This document shows, piece by piece, positions 1-9,698 of a stretch of DNA of 64,000 nucleotides. The stretch's first letter is position 1, and every line of letters begins with the position of its first letter. A program made the position numbers and the translations under genes. The stretch lies in contig VGOW01000013.1 in the NCBI GenBank assembly GCA_016875735.1, positions 3,564 through 67,563 on the forward strand. The letters are read 5' to 3'. The DNA is from Chloroflexota bacterium (lineage in GTDB: Bacteria > Chloroflexota > Anaerolineae > Anaerolineales > VGOW01). The notes under the pieces were generated by a model. That model saw nothing but the letters and a program-made list of their open reading frames with translations. It ran no database searches and was not told the origin of the DNA.

Positions 1-64
1 TGGTTACCGCTTCCATTGCTTTACATCTCCTTATCGAACGGGAATCGTATGACGATTATACCAT

Positions 65-2413
65 TCACTCATACAAAAACTTCTGCATCTCATCCACCGC
101 CCTCAGCAACTGCGCCGCGCCGCCAAACAATTGGTAAATCTCATACGGCGAGCCATACTGGTCGAAGGGTGAAACCTGCAACACGCGCGCCAACTGGTCG
201 AACTCGCCAATGCCATAATCGGCATATTTCTCCAACAACGCGCTCAAAATCTCGCGGGCGGCAGGCGTGAAGGTGTTGAAGAAGTTGGTTTTCTTTTGGC
301 GCAGTTTCTCGGCCCGCTCGCGGCGGGTGACCAGCGGCGCGTTGTAGGCCACGTGCAACAACAAATCCAGCGCGTCGGCTTGCTCGTGATGAGTGACGCG
401 GGCGAGGTGATCGGGATCGATGCCGCGAGCGCGCAATTGATTCAAAATCTCGGCGCGCTGCTCGGGCAACGGCCACGTTTGCCGCAAATGGTCGGCGGTC
501 AAATTCAGGCGGCGGATGTTTTGGGTCACGTAATCGGTAAACTCAACCGTCTTCAACACAGCGCCGTTGGGGTCGAGCTCAAAAGCCTGCTCGCCCACAA
601 TATAAACTTGAACGCCATCCAGGTAATACTTGCGCGGCAGTTCGCCAACATGCGCCCCTTCTCCCTGTGGGAGAGGGCTGGGGTGAGGGCTTTCCAGCGT
701 CCCCTCTTCGCTATCCTGAATCTCCGTCTCCTTTCCGGAATCGTCAATCGTCGTCCTCGTCACCCGCGCCGGGTCGCCGTCGAAGGCCGGATCGTAAAAC
801 AGTTGGGTCGCGCCCACGTAATCGATGATCGTGAACCAGAACTTGCGGCGCTCTTCCGAAACGCGCGTCCCCCGCCCGATAATCTGCTTGAAATCGATCA
901 TCGAGTTGATCGGCTTGAACAAGACGACGTTGCGGCAGGTGGGCGCATCCACGCCGGTGGTCAGCATCTGCGAGGTGGTGAGGATGACGGGCGTCTCCCT
1001 TTCCGGGTCCTGAAAATCGTCCAGATGCCCGCGCCCCGTCGAGCCTTCGTCCGAAACCACGCGCTCCACGTAATGCAAATGGATGCGGGTCAAATCGGCG
1101 TTGGCGTTGTTCAGGGCCAGCCGCATATCCAAGGCGTGTTCCTGATCCACGCAGAAGACTATCGTCTTGTCGAAGCGATGGGTTCGTTTGAGATACTCGG
1201 TGAGATGGCGGGCCACAACTTCCGTGCGCGAGAGCAACGCCACCAGCCGCTCGAAATCTTTCGTGCCATACAGCCCCGGCGGAATCTCGCGCCCGAAGCG
1301 ATCCAGCACGCCGGGATCGATTTGTAGTCCGCTCGCGTCCACGTCGGGAATGACGCGATACACGCGATACGGCGCGAGGAAACCGTCGTCGATGCCCTGC
1401 CGCAAACTGTAGGTGTAAATCGGGTCGCCGAAATAGTCGTAGGTGTCAACATTGTCGTCGCGCTTGGGCGTGGCCGTCATGCCGATTTGCGCCGCCGAGT
1501 CGAAGTAATCCAGAATCTCTCGCCACCTGCCGTATTCATTGGCCGACCCGCGATGGCACTCGTCCACGATGATCAAGTCAAAGAAATCTCTTGGATACTT
1601 CTCATACAGGTTTTCGCCAGTGGCCGGGTTAGCCAATGCCTGATACAACGCAAAATACACCTCGCGGCTCTTCAGAGCCTCGCCTTGAATTTTGTGCAGG
1701 GCTTGCCCCATCGGCGAGAAGGTGCGGTCTTTCGCTTGATCGATCAGCACATTGCGGTCGGCCAGATACAGAATGCGTTTCTTGCGCTTCGACTTCCACA
1801 GCCGCCACGCGATCTGAAAGGCGACGAAAGTTTTTCCCGTGCCCGTTGCCATGGTGAGCAAGATTCGATCTTGACCTTCGATCACGGCGTTCACTGCTCT
1901 ATTGATGGCCGCCTGCTGATAGTAGCGCGGCGCTTTCCCGCCAATTTCTTGCCAATAGGCAAACAGCGAATCGGCTTCATCCCTTTCGGCAGGAAACTTG
2001 AACGTGCCTTTCAGTCTCCCCCACAATTCATCGGGCGGCGGAAACGAATCAACCTCTCGCTCCAGGCCGGTAATGAAGTCATGCTCCACAATTCCTTTGC
2101 CGTTGCTCGAAAAGGCAAACTTCACCTGCAACATCTCGGCGTATCGGATCGCTTGTTGCAATCCCGCCGCAGGCTCGCGATAGTCTGCTTTGGCTTCCAC
2201 GACGGCAATGGGAATATTCTGCCGGATGAACAGCACGTAATCAGGGCGCAATCCTTCCTTGCGCGTGTGCCTGTCGCCTATGGGCACTATGCGCCCGGGC
2301 GTCAAGACCATCTGCTCGGTGATGGTCTCATCCTCCCAGCCGGCAGACTTGAGTTTTGGCAAGATATAAGTTCGGCAAGTGTCGGCTTCGTTCATAGCGC
2401 CCCATTGTTTCAC
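65..2413 (-). CDS. hsdR: Type I restriction enzyme R subunit (HsdR, EcoEI/type IB-like)
   Basis: 782-aa ORF. HsdR_N-like N-terminus 'CRTYILPKLKSAGW', helicase motif I 'MATGTGKT', 'VDECHRG', helicase-C 'TTGVDAPTC..QIIGRGTR', and a C-terminal region resembling the EcoEI R C-terminal domain. No hsdM/hsdS to the right; the left side is off-window. Confidence 0.85.
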   Translation of the reverse strand: MKQWGAMNEADTCRTYILPKLKSAGWEDETITEQMVLTPGRIVPIGDRHTRKEGLRPDYVLFIRQNIPIAVVEAKADYREPAAGLQQAIRYAEMLQVKFAFSSNGKGIVEHDFITGLEREVDSFPPPDELWGRLKGTFKFPAERDEADSLFAYWQEIGGKAPRYYQQAAINRAVNAVIEGQDRILLTMATGTGKTFVAFQIAWRLWKSKRKKRILYLADRNVLIDQAKDRTFSPMGQALHKIQGEALKSREVYFALYQALANPATGENLYEKYPRDFFDLIIVDECHRGSANEYGRWREILDYFDSAAQIGMTATPKRDDNVDTYDYFGDPIYTYSLRQGIDDGFLAPYRVYRVIPDVDASGLQIDPGVLDRFGREIPPGLYGTKDFERLVALLSRTEVVARHLTEYLKRTHRFDKTIVFCVDQEHALDMRLALNNANADLTRIHLHYVERVVSDEGSTGRGHLDDFQDPERETPVILTTSQMLTTGVDAPTCRNVVLFKPINSMIDFKQIIGRGTRVSEERRKFWFTIIDYVGATQLFYDPAFDGDPARVTRTTIDDSGKETEIQDSEEGTLESPHPSPLPQGEGAHVGELPRKYYLDGVQVYIVGEQAFELDPNGAVLKTVEFTDYVTQNIRRLNLTADHLRQTWPLPEQRAEILNQLRARGIDPDHLARVTHHEQADALDLLLHVAYNAPLVTRRERAEKLRQKKTNFFNTFTPAAREILSALLEKYADYGIGEFDQLARVLQVSPFDQYGSPYEIYQLFGGAAQLLRAVDEMQKFLYE
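654..690. repeat. GC-rich palindromic element, partial copy, in-frame inside hsdR
   Basis: 'gccccttctccctgtgggagagggctggggtgagggc'. Its reverse complement aligns with the left arm and loop of the 17780-17828 element. Read as 'SPHPSPLPQGEGA' in HsdR. Confidence 0.6.
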
Positions 2414-2535
2414 AGCGGCTAAATCATCAACCGCCTAGCGGGGCAAGGCATGGAGATGGAGCGAAGGCTCTTCGGCTGATGACAGTGGACATGAGAGGTT
2501 AAGATAGCACATTCTCATAATTGAGCAAATGCGCA

Positions 2536-2544
2536 TGATAAAAT
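2536..2544 (+). promoter_or_regulatory. Candidate extended -10 box (TGATAAAAT) 9 nt upstream of the pcrA ATG
   Basis: 'tgataaaat' at 2536-2544, ATG at 2554. The same 9-mer recurs at 23030-23038. Confidence 0.35.
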
Positions 2545-2553
2545 CAACGCGCA

Positions 2554-4758
2554 ATGCCCGACCTCCTCTCCGGCCTCAACCCCCAACAACTCAACGCGGT
2601 CACCGCCGATCCCGGCCCCACCCTCATCGTGGCCGGCCCCGGCTCCGGCAAGACCCGCGTGCTCACCCACCGCATCGCCTATCTTGTGCAGGAGGGCACG
2701 CCGCCGTTTCGCATCATGGCCGTCACCTTCACCAACAAAGCCGCCCGCGAAATGCGCGAGCGCGTGGAGCGATTGCTCGGCGGCGCGCTCGGCGGACTCG
2801 CCATCGGCACCTTTCACGCCATCTGCGCCCGCTTCCTCCGCCGCGAGGCCGAACACACCCATGTCACCCGCGACTTCGTCATCTTCGACGACACCGATCA
2901 ACTCGCCCTCGTGAAACAGGCAATGGAGCGATTGCAGCTCGACGAGAAGCAATACCGCCCGCAGACTCTGCTCGGCGCGATCTCCAAAGCCAAAAACGAA
3001 CTCATCCCGCCCGATGAATATCAGGCCGGCACCTATTTTGCCGAGATCGCCGGGCGCGTTTACCTCGAATATCAAAAACTCTTGCGGGAGAACAACGCCT
3101 TCGACTTCGACGATCTGTTGGCTGAAGCGGTGTATCTCTTCCGCCATCACCCCGACGTGCTGACGAAGTATCAGCGCTCATACGATCACGTTCTCGTTGA
3201 CGAATTTCAAGACACGAACACCGCGCAATATGTGTTGCTCAAACTGCTCACGACCACGACGAGAAACCTGTACGTCGTGGGCGACCCCGATCAGTCGATT
3301 TACAAATGGCGCGGGGCCGACTATCGCAACGTCCGCCGCTTTCAGGACGACAACCCCGACGCGCAAACCATCCTCCTCGAACAGAACTACCGCTCCACTC
3401 AACTCATTCTCGACGCGGCCACCGCCGTGATCGACCGCAACAAGAATCGCACGCGCAAGCAGCTTTTCACCGAGCGCGGCGGCGGCGCGAAGATTCAGTT
3501 TCACGAAGCCTACAACGAGGAAGACGAAGCGCAGTACGTCATCCAAACCATCGCCGCGCTCGCCCGGCGCGACGATCTGAATCCCAGCGACGCGGCGATC
3601 ATGTACCGCACCAACGCGCAGTCGCGCGCCATCGAAGACGCCTTCGTGCGCGCCGGTCTGCCCTATCGCATCGTCGGCGCGCAGCGCTTTTATGGCCGCC
3701 GCGAAGTGAAAGACATCATCGCCTTCCTTCGCCTCACTCACAACCCCGCCGACAGCGTCAGCCTTCTGCGCGTGATCAATGTGCCCCCACGCGGCATCGG
3801 CGGCAAAACCATCGAAACCCTTCAAGCCGCCGCCGAACGGGCCGAGATTCCTATGTCGGTCATCGTCCGCGATCTCGGTTTGAATCGGCTCAACAGCAAA
3901 TATGCGGGCGAGTTCAAGGGAAAGGCCGGGGCGGCGCTCAGTGAGTTCGGAGAGATGCTCAATGGCTGGGTGGCGATTCGAGAGTCGGCGCCCGTCGCTA
4001 AATTGATCGATCAGATTCTCTCCGACACCGAATACCGCCGCTACATCAACGACGGCACTGAAGAGGGCGAAGACCGTTTAGAAAACGTGATGGAACTGCG
4101 CGGCGCCGCCGCCGAAGATGAAACCGTTTCGCTCTCGGCCTTCCTCGAGCAGGTGGCCCTCGTGGCCGACGCCGACACGAACACCGGCGCCAGCGGCCCC
4201 ACCCTGCTCACCCTGCACGCGGCCAAAGGGCTTGAGTTTCCGGTCGTGTTCATCACCGGCCTCGACGACGGCGTGCTTCCGCACCAACGCTCGTTCGAGG
4301 ACGCCGAAGAGATGGCCGAAGAGCGGCGGCTGATGTACGTGGGCATCACTCGCGCAAAGGATCGACTCTTCCTCACCCGCGCTCATCGCCGCGCGCTCTA
4401 CGGCAACTACGATGTGAGCAACCCTTCGAGATTTCTCGACGACATTCCCCGCCATTTGCTCACCGGGCAGATTGCGAAAAAGAAAAGCGGCGCCGAGTCT
4501 GCTTACGCCCGAATGATCTCGTGGGACGCCGATACACGATCCGGCAGGAGCGAGACCCGCTCCCCCAACCGCGAATCGATCCAAGCCGACTCTCGTTATC
4601 GAACCGGCCAACGAGTCAAACATTCCATGTTTGGCGAGGGCCTGATTATCGAAAGCAAAGGCGCGGGCGACGATGAAATCCTCGTCATCGCTTTCGAGGG
4701 CACGGGCATCAAACGTCTTGCAGCCAACATGGCAAACCTCACCCTGCTGAAAGGATAG
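2554..4758 (+). CDS. pcrA: UvrD/PcrA-family ATP-dependent DNA helicase
   Basis: 734 aa. Motifs 'AGPGSGKT', 'DEFQDTN', 'QNYRST', 'TLHAAKGLEF', 'YVGITRAK'. Confidence 0.9.
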   Translation: MPDLLSGLNPQQLNAVTADPGPTLIVAGPGSGKTRVLTHRIAYLVQEGTPPFRIMAVTFTNKAAREMRERVERLLGGALGGLAIGTFHAICARFLRREAEHTHVTRDFVIFDDTDQLALVKQAMERLQLDEKQYRPQTLLGAISKAKNELIPPDEYQAGTYFAEIAGRVYLEYQKLLRENNAFDFDDLLAEAVYLFRHHPDVLTKYQRSYDHVLVDEFQDTNTAQYVLLKLLTTTTRNLYVVGDPDQSIYKWRGADYRNVRRFQDDNPDAQTILLEQNYRSTQLILDAATAVIDRNKNRTRKQLFTERGGGAKIQFHEAYNEEDEAQYVIQTIAALARRDDLNPSDAAIMYRTNAQSRAIEDAFVRAGLPYRIVGAQRFYGRREVKDIIAFLRLTHNPADSVSLLRVINVPPRGIGGKTIETLQAAAERAEIPMSVIVRDLGLNRLNSKYAGEFKGKAGAALSEFGEMLNGWVAIRESAPVAKLIDQILSDTEYRRYINDGTEEGEDRLENVMELRGAAAEDETVSLSAFLEQVALVADADTNTGASGPTLLTLHAAKGLEFPVVFITGLDDGVLPHQRSFEDAEEMAEERRLMYVGITRAKDRLFLTRAHRRALYGNYDVSNPSRFLDDIPRHLLTGQIAKKKSGAESAYARMISWDADTRSGRSETRSPNRESIQADSRYRTGQRVKHSMFGEGLIIESKGAGDDEILVIAFEGTGIKRLAANMANLTLLKG

Positions 4759-4761
4759 ATA

Positions 4762-4853
4762 TCGGAAGTCAGAAGATAGAAGTCAGAAATCGGAAGTCAG
4801 AAGAGTCTTTCTGGCTTCTGACCTCTGACTTCCGACTTCTGACCTCTGACCTC
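4762..4853. repeat. Heptamer-word hairpin (word 'gaagtca/gaagata') between pcrA and galE
   Basis: Left arm 'tcggaag|tcagaag|atagaag|tcagaaa|tcggaag|tcagaag'. Right arm is its imperfect reverse complement 'cttctgacctctgacttccgacttctgacctctgacc'. Confidence 0.85.
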
Positions 4854-4855
4854 TC

Positions 4856-5863
4856 ATGAATCTCCTCGTCACCGGCGGCGCGGGCTACATTGGCTCGGCC
4901 ACCGCCGCCGAACTCATCGCCGCCGGGCACACCGTCACCGTCTTCGACAACCTCTCGCGCGGCCACCGCGCCGCCATCCCGCCCGAAGCCTGCTTCGTTC
5001 ACGGCGACATTGGCGACCGAATGGCGCTGGCCAAAGTGTTTGCCTCCGGCAACTTCGACGCCGTCCTCCATTTCGCCGCGCTCATCGAAGCCGGAGAATC
5101 GATGAAAGACCCCGGCCTCTTTTTTCGCAACAACGTGGCCTATTCGAACAACGTCATCGAGGCTGCCGTGAAAGCGGGCTGTCTCAAATTCGTGCTCTCC
5201 TCCACGGCCGCCATCTTTGCCGCCAGCGACGAGCCTCTGCGCGAAGACTCGACCATCGCCCCCGTCAACACCTATGGCGAAACCAAATTGATGATCGAGA
5301 CCATGCTCAAATGGTACGGCCAGGTTCACGGGTTGCGATACGCCTGCCTTCGCTACTTCAACGCCGCCGGAGCGGCTCCGAATCGCGGCGAGGCCCACCA
5401 CCCCGAAAGCCACCTCGTCCCGCGCGTCCTCCATGTGGCGCTCGGCCAAGCCGAGTCCGCCGCCATTTTCGGCGCAGATTATCCGACCCCCGACGGCACG
5501 TGCATCCGCGATTACATTCACATTGTTGATCTCGCGCAAGCGCATGTGCTGGCTGTGGAAGCGTTGAATGAAAAACCGACTCTCATTTACAATCTTGGCA
5601 ACGGGCAGGGCTATTCGGTGCGCGAAGTGATCGAGGCCGCGCGCGCCGTCACCGGCCACCCGCTCCCTGTCGTCGAACAGCCGCGCCGCCCCGGCGACGC
5701 GCCGCGCCTCGTCGCCTCCTCCGAAAAAATCCGCCGCGAACTCGGCTGGACTCCACGCCACCCCTCGCTTCACGACATCATCGCCAGCGCGTGGGAGTGG
5801 CATCGGGGGCACCCCAACGGCTATGAGCCTTCAGCGATCAGCACTCAGTCGTTAGGCCGCTGA
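4856..5863 (+). CDS. galE: UDP-glucose 4-epimerase
   Basis: 335 aa. 'VTGGAGYIGS' Rossmann motif, 'YGETK' catalytic YxxxK, full-length GalE-like. Confidence 0.9.
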   Translation: MNLLVTGGAGYIGSATAAELIAAGHTVTVFDNLSRGHRAAIPPEACFVHGDIGDRMALAKVFASGNFDAVLHFAALIEAGESMKDPGLFFRNNVAYSNNVIEAAVKAGCLKFVLSSTAAIFAASDEPLREDSTIAPVNTYGETKLMIETMLKWYGQVHGLRYACLRYFNAAGAAPNRGEAHHPESHLVPRVLHVALGQAESAAIFGADYPTPDGTCIRDYIHIVDLAQAHVLAVEALNEKPTLIYNLGNGQGYSVREVIEAARAVTGHPLPVVEQPRRPGDAPRLVASSEKIRRELGWTPRHPSLHDIIASAWEWHRGHPNGYEPSAISTQSLGR

Positions 5864-5889
5864 ACACTGATCGCTGATTGCTGACCGCT
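5829..5889. repeat. Word hairpin ('gatcagc' family) overlapping the galE 3' end
   Basis: 'cttcagcgatcagcactcagtc ... ctgaacactgatcgctgattgctgaccgct'. It encodes the last galE residues (..SAISTQSLGR). Confidence 0.7.
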
Positions 5890-7044
5890 ATGAAACTCGC
5901 CCTCAACGGCTGGTTCTACGATCAACCGCACACCGGCAGCGGCCAATATCTGCGCGGCCTGCTCGATCACCTCCCCCTCGCCGCGCCCGATATTGAGATC
6001 ACACTCATCGCGCCTCGGCCCATTCAACTCGAATCCAATCACGCCTCCCGCCTCCCGCTCCACGCCTCCCGCTCCACGCCCGACGCCGCGCGCTCGAACC
6101 TCTCCAAACTTAAATTCGAGCAGCTCGACTTCCCCGCCGCTTGCAAACGCATCAACGCCGATCTCGCCCACATCCCGTATTGGGCGCCGCCCCTCGCCTC
6201 CCCCGTTCCGTTCGTCGCCACCATTCACGATCTCATCCCCCTCCTCATCCCCGAATACAATCGCGCCCTCAAAGCCCGCTTCTACAACGCCCTCGTGTCG
6301 GCGGCCACACCCGGCGCGGCTCACCTCATCGCCGATTCCGACTCCTCGCGCAATGACATCATCCAGCGCCTCCGCGTTCCGCCGGAAAAAGTGACTGCCA
6401 TTCACCTCGCCGTCGGCCCCGAATACAAGCCCGCGCCCGACTCTCCCCGCGACGCCGTCATTCGACAAAAATACAATCTGCCCGACTCATACGTCCTCTA
6501 CCTCGGCGGATTCCAGCCGCACAAAAACGCGCGCAGCCTCCTCGCCGCGTGGACGTGGTGCGACGGCTCCATCGGCGAGCAATATCCGCTCGTCATCGCC
6601 GGAAAACTTCCCGCGCGCGGCGATCGTTTCCACGACGATCTTCCGGCTTACGCGAAACAACTCGGCATCGCCGAGAGTGTCCGCTTCATCGGCCCCGTCG
6701 CCGAAGAGGACAAGCCCGCGCTCTATCGCGGCGCGGCCTGTTTCGTTTTCCCGTCTCGATACGAAGGCTTCGGCCTTCCGCCGCTCGAAGCCCTTGCCTG
6801 CGGAGCGCCCGTTGTCACCACCGCTTTCGCTTCCATCCCCGAAGTGGTGGGCGAGGCCGCTTACCTCGTCCGCGATCCCGACGACACGCGCTCGCTCGGC
6901 GCGGCCATCCTCGCCGTCGTCGTCAACCCCGATGTGGTGGATCGACTCGCCACAGCCGCGCGCGCGCAAGCTCAAAAGTTCAGTTGGCAAAGGACTGCGG
7001 AAGAAACTGCCGCTGTTTACCGAAAAGCATTGCGGCGCGGATAG
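5890..7044 (+). CDS. Glycosyltransferase family 4 (GT-B)
   Basis: ATG at 5890; the track start at 5878 is a TTG inside the repeat. 'SRYEGFGLPPLEALACGAPVV' EX7E motif. Confidence 0.8.
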   Translation: MKLALNGWFYDQPHTGSGQYLRGLLDHLPLAAPDIEITLIAPRPIQLESNHASRLPLHASRSTPDAARSNLSKLKFEQLDFPAACKRINADLAHIPYWAPPLASPVPFVATIHDLIPLLIPEYNRALKARFYNALVSAATPGAAHLIADSDSSRNDIIQRLRVPPEKVTAIHLAVGPEYKPAPDSPRDAVIRQKYNLPDSYVLYLGGFQPHKNARSLLAAWTWCDGSIGEQYPLVIAGKLPARGDRFHDDLPAYAKQLGIAESVRFIGPVAEEDKPALYRGAACFVFPSRYEGFGLPPLEALACGAPVVTTAFASIPEVVGEAAYLVRDPDDTRSLGAAILAVVVNPDVVDRLATAARAQAQKFSWQRTAEETAAVYRKALRRG

Positions 7045-7082
7045 ATCGACACGGCCAAGCGAATCCGTGTACCATTGACTCA

Positions 7083-9692
7083 ATGTCTCCCGCCGCAAAC
7101 CCCACGCCGAAGATGGCAGATCGCTTTCTTTCCTTCATCACTCATCGCTCACGGCAAAGCCGTCCTTTAGGATCGCTCATCGTTACATTTCTCGCCTTCT
7201 TCGCCCTCTACGCCTTCACCCTCTCGCCCGGCCTCCTCCCCGCCGACTCTGGCGAGTTCCAAACCGTCGTTCCATTGCTCGGCGTCGCCCACCCGCCGGG
7301 CTTCTCGCTCTACATTCTGCTCGGCAAACTCTTCACCGGCCTCGTCCGCATTGGCAGCTACGCTTATCGCCTCAACCTCTTCTCTGCGTTCACCTCAGCC
7401 ATCACCCTCGCCCTCGTCACCCTCGTCGTCCAACGCCTCACTCGCCCCACTCCTCACGCCCCACTCCTCACGAATCTGCCCGGCTTCCTCGCCGCCTTCA
7501 TACTCGGCGTCTCCACCACCTTTTGGTCGCAAGCCACCACCGCCAACATTCGCAGTCTCATGGCCCTGCTCACCGCGCTGGCCGTGTGCGCCCTCATCGA
7601 ATACCAACTCAACCCCACCATCAACCGACTCGCCTTTCTCGCCTTCACCCTCTCCCTCGCCGTCGTTCATCACCTCTCCATTGCCTTCATCGCCATCACT
7701 CTCGCCGCCGCCGCCATCGTGTTCACCCCCTCACCCCGTCATCTTGTCACCCCAAAGATTCTCCTCAAACTCAGTGTGTCTATTGTTGCCCCTCTCGCCG
7801 TTCTCCTCTACCTCCCCATTCGCGGCGCGGCGGGCGCCTACCTTGCCCCGCCCGGCCTCAACACCCTCAACGGATTCCTGCAACACGCGCTCGGCCTCGG
7901 CTTCGGCGGCGACTTCTTTTACTTCGCCAACCTCTCCGCCCTCCCCGATCGCCTCGCCATCCTCCTCAACATCTTCCTCTTTCAATTCAACGCGCCGACT
8001 CTGATCCTCCTCGCCATCGGCCTCCTCCTCTTTTTCTTCCGCGATCCGAAACTTGCCGCCGCTCTCACCCTCGCTTTCGCCGTTCACTGCGTTGTCGCCA
8101 TCACCTACCGCGCCCCGCAAACCGTCGAATACCTTTTGCCCGCCTACGTCATCCTCGTCATCACCGCCCTCAGCGGTTGGCAATTCATCTTTGACCGTTG
8201 GCCTTCCCGCTTTGAAGTTTGGACTTTGAAGTTTGCCCTTTATTGTTCATTCTTCATTTCCTCATTGCTCATTCTGTTTCGCAACTACCCCGCCTACAAA
8301 ACCCTCTCCCACGACGACTCCACTCGCGCCCACGCCGAAGGCCTCCTCCTCGCCGCGCACCCCAACGCCCTCATCCTTGCCAACTGGCACTACGCCACGC
8401 CGCTCTGGTATCTGCAGCGCATCGAAGGCGTCCGCCCCGATGTCACCGTCGAATACGTTTTTCCGCAGGGCGCATCGCTCACCCAAAACTGGGTGGATCA
8501 GATCAACGCCAACGCCGCCGACCGCCCAACCATCGTCACCAATTTTTATCCGACAGAATACGCTTCACTGCCCCATCGCTTCCTCCCCATCCTCACCGCA
8601 TTGCCCGCATGGCAAGCCGCCACCGACCCCCTCACCGATCCGATCCCCGCCGCGCCCACTCACGAGGGTGGTTGGGCCTTTCTCAGCGGCGGCCCCATTT
8701 CACAGAGCCCGCTCACACAAAACGAATCCTTCACCGTCCAAATCTTTTGGCAAGCGCCCGAGTCACCCACCGATATTAACTTCTTCGTGCAGCTCATCGG
8801 CCCCGATGGATTGCTCTACGGCCAAGCCGACGTGTTCCACCCGGCGGGCAAACTCACGCCGCATGAAATCATTTCAGATCGACTCGCCCTCGCCGTCAAC
8901 GCCGATGCGCCCCTCGCCGACGGCTACTCGCTGGTCACCGGCGCGTATCTCCCCGATGGCCGCCGCCTCGCCCCCGACTTCACCGAGATCGCCGCACTCG
9001 CCGTCATCCCCTCGACCTCGGCTCCCTCCACCCTCCACCCTTCACTTCTCCCCAACCTCATCGCCGGATACGATTACGATCTCTCCATTCCCGACTCTCC
9101 CCGCCTCTACCTCCACTGGCGACTCGATGGGCAATCGCACAACCTCACCCTCGCCGATTCAACCGGCGCATTCACCCAGCCCATCGCCCTCCCGCCTCTC
9201 ACCGGTTATATCACCACCTCTCACGACCTCCCTCCCGGCTGGCAGACTACCACCCTCACCGCTGACGGCTTCTCATTCCGCATTCCGCATTCCGCATTCC
9301 GCATTACAGATCGCCGCCTCTCCTTCGGCCCGCTCACCCTCGTCGGCGCGGCCATCACCAAAGAAAGCGACGGCTCGTATCGGGTTGACCTCGACTGGAT
9401 GGCGAACGAGCCGATCATCAATGATCACATCGTCAAAGTTGATCTCGTCGGCGAAAATTATTCGTGGCGCGATCAGTCGGACTCCGTCCCCGCGGGTGGC
9501 GCAATCCCCACCCTCAAATGGATCCCCGGCATCCTCATTCACGACCGCCACCGATTGAGAATGCTTCAGCCCACGCTTGCCGCTTTTCAACTCGCCGTGT
9601 ACGATCACTTCACCCAACGCAACCTCCCCCTCCTCGATTCCCGCCTCGCCCTCCTCGGCCCCACTGTTCCCCTCGGCGTCGTTCAGCCATAA
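7083..9692 (+). CDS. DUF2723-type polytopic membrane protein (GT-C-like, putative glycosyltransferase) with C-terminal beta-rich modules
   Basis: In-frame ATG at 7083. The track ORF from 6549 is an Arg-rich read-through overlapping the GT4 gene. 'LLPADSGEFQ..GVAHPPGFSLY' and many TM segments. Confidence 0.7.
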   Translation: MSPAANPTPKMADRFLSFITHRSRQSRPLGSLIVTFLAFFALYAFTLSPGLLPADSGEFQTVVPLLGVAHPPGFSLYILLGKLFTGLVRIGSYAYRLNLFSAFTSAITLALVTLVVQRLTRPTPHAPLLTNLPGFLAAFILGVSTTFWSQATTANIRSLMALLTALAVCALIEYQLNPTINRLAFLAFTLSLAVVHHLSIAFIAITLAAAAIVFTPSPRHLVTPKILLKLSVSIVAPLAVLLYLPIRGAAGAYLAPPGLNTLNGFLQHALGLGFGGDFFYFANLSALPDRLAILLNIFLFQFNAPTLILLAIGLLLFFFRDPKLAAALTLAFAVHCVVAITYRAPQTVEYLLPAYVILVITALSGWQFIFDRWPSRFEVWTLKFALYCSFFISSLLILFRNYPAYKTLSHDDSTRAHAEGLLLAAHPNALILANWHYATPLWYLQRIEGVRPDVTVEYVFPQGASLTQNWVDQINANAADRPTIVTNFYPTEYASLPHRFLPILTALPAWQAATDPLTDPIPAAPTHEGGWAFLSGGPISQSPLTQNESFTVQIFWQAPESPTDINFFVQLIGPDGLLYGQADVFHPAGKLTPHEIISDRLALAVNADAPLADGYSLVTGAYLPDGRRLAPDFTEIAALAVIPSTSAPSTLHPSLLPNLIAGYDYDLSIPDSPRLYLHWRLDGQSHNLTLADSTGAFTQPIALPPLTGYITTSHDLPPGWQTTTLTADGFSFRIPHSAFRITDRRLSFGPLTLVGAAITKESDGSYRVDLDWMANEPIINDHIVKVDLVGENYSWRDQSDSVPAGGAIPTLKWIPGILIHDRHRLRMLQPTLAAFQLAVYDHFTQRNLPLLDSRLALLGPTVPLGVVQP
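7133..7185. repeat. Intragenic repeat with 34-nt core shared with 10393-10456
   Basis: 'tcacggcaaagccgtcctttaggatcgctcatcg' flanked by 'ctcatcg' words. Translated 'HRSRQSRPLGSLIV'. Confidence 0.75.
8211..8276. repeat. Intragenic heptamer words ('tttgaag/tttggac', then 'ttcattg' type)
   Basis: 'tttgaagtttggactttgaagtttg' shares 18 nt with the reverse complement of hairpin 28146-28200. Followed by 'ttattgttcattcttcatttcctcattgctcattctg'. Confidence 0.7.
9273..9307. repeat. Intragenic tandem heptamers 'gcattcc' x5
   Basis: 'tcattcc gcattcc gcattcc gcattcc gcattac', translated 'SFRIPHSAFRIT'. The same word occurs at 43568-43595. Confidence 0.85.
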
Positions 9693-9698
9693 CTTGCC

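Noticed and set aside
296-2422. Long ORFs antisense to hsdR (296-1327, 1487-2422). Similar ones lie opposite other genes, e.g. 4769-5812, 11952-13028, 17167-18426, 18571-19719, 34474-35559, 40561-41781, 61301-62491 and 62526-63500.
   Set aside because: Typical high-GC artefacts. They are Arg/Gly/Ala/His-rich, show no recognisable motifs, and each lies fully opposite a gene with strong family signatures.
6549-7082. The 5' 178 codons of the 1047-aa track ORF (6549-9692)
   Set aside because: Arg/Pro-rich read-through in an alternative frame of the well-supported GT4 gene (5890-7044). The DUF2723 homology and a plausible ATG begin at 7083.
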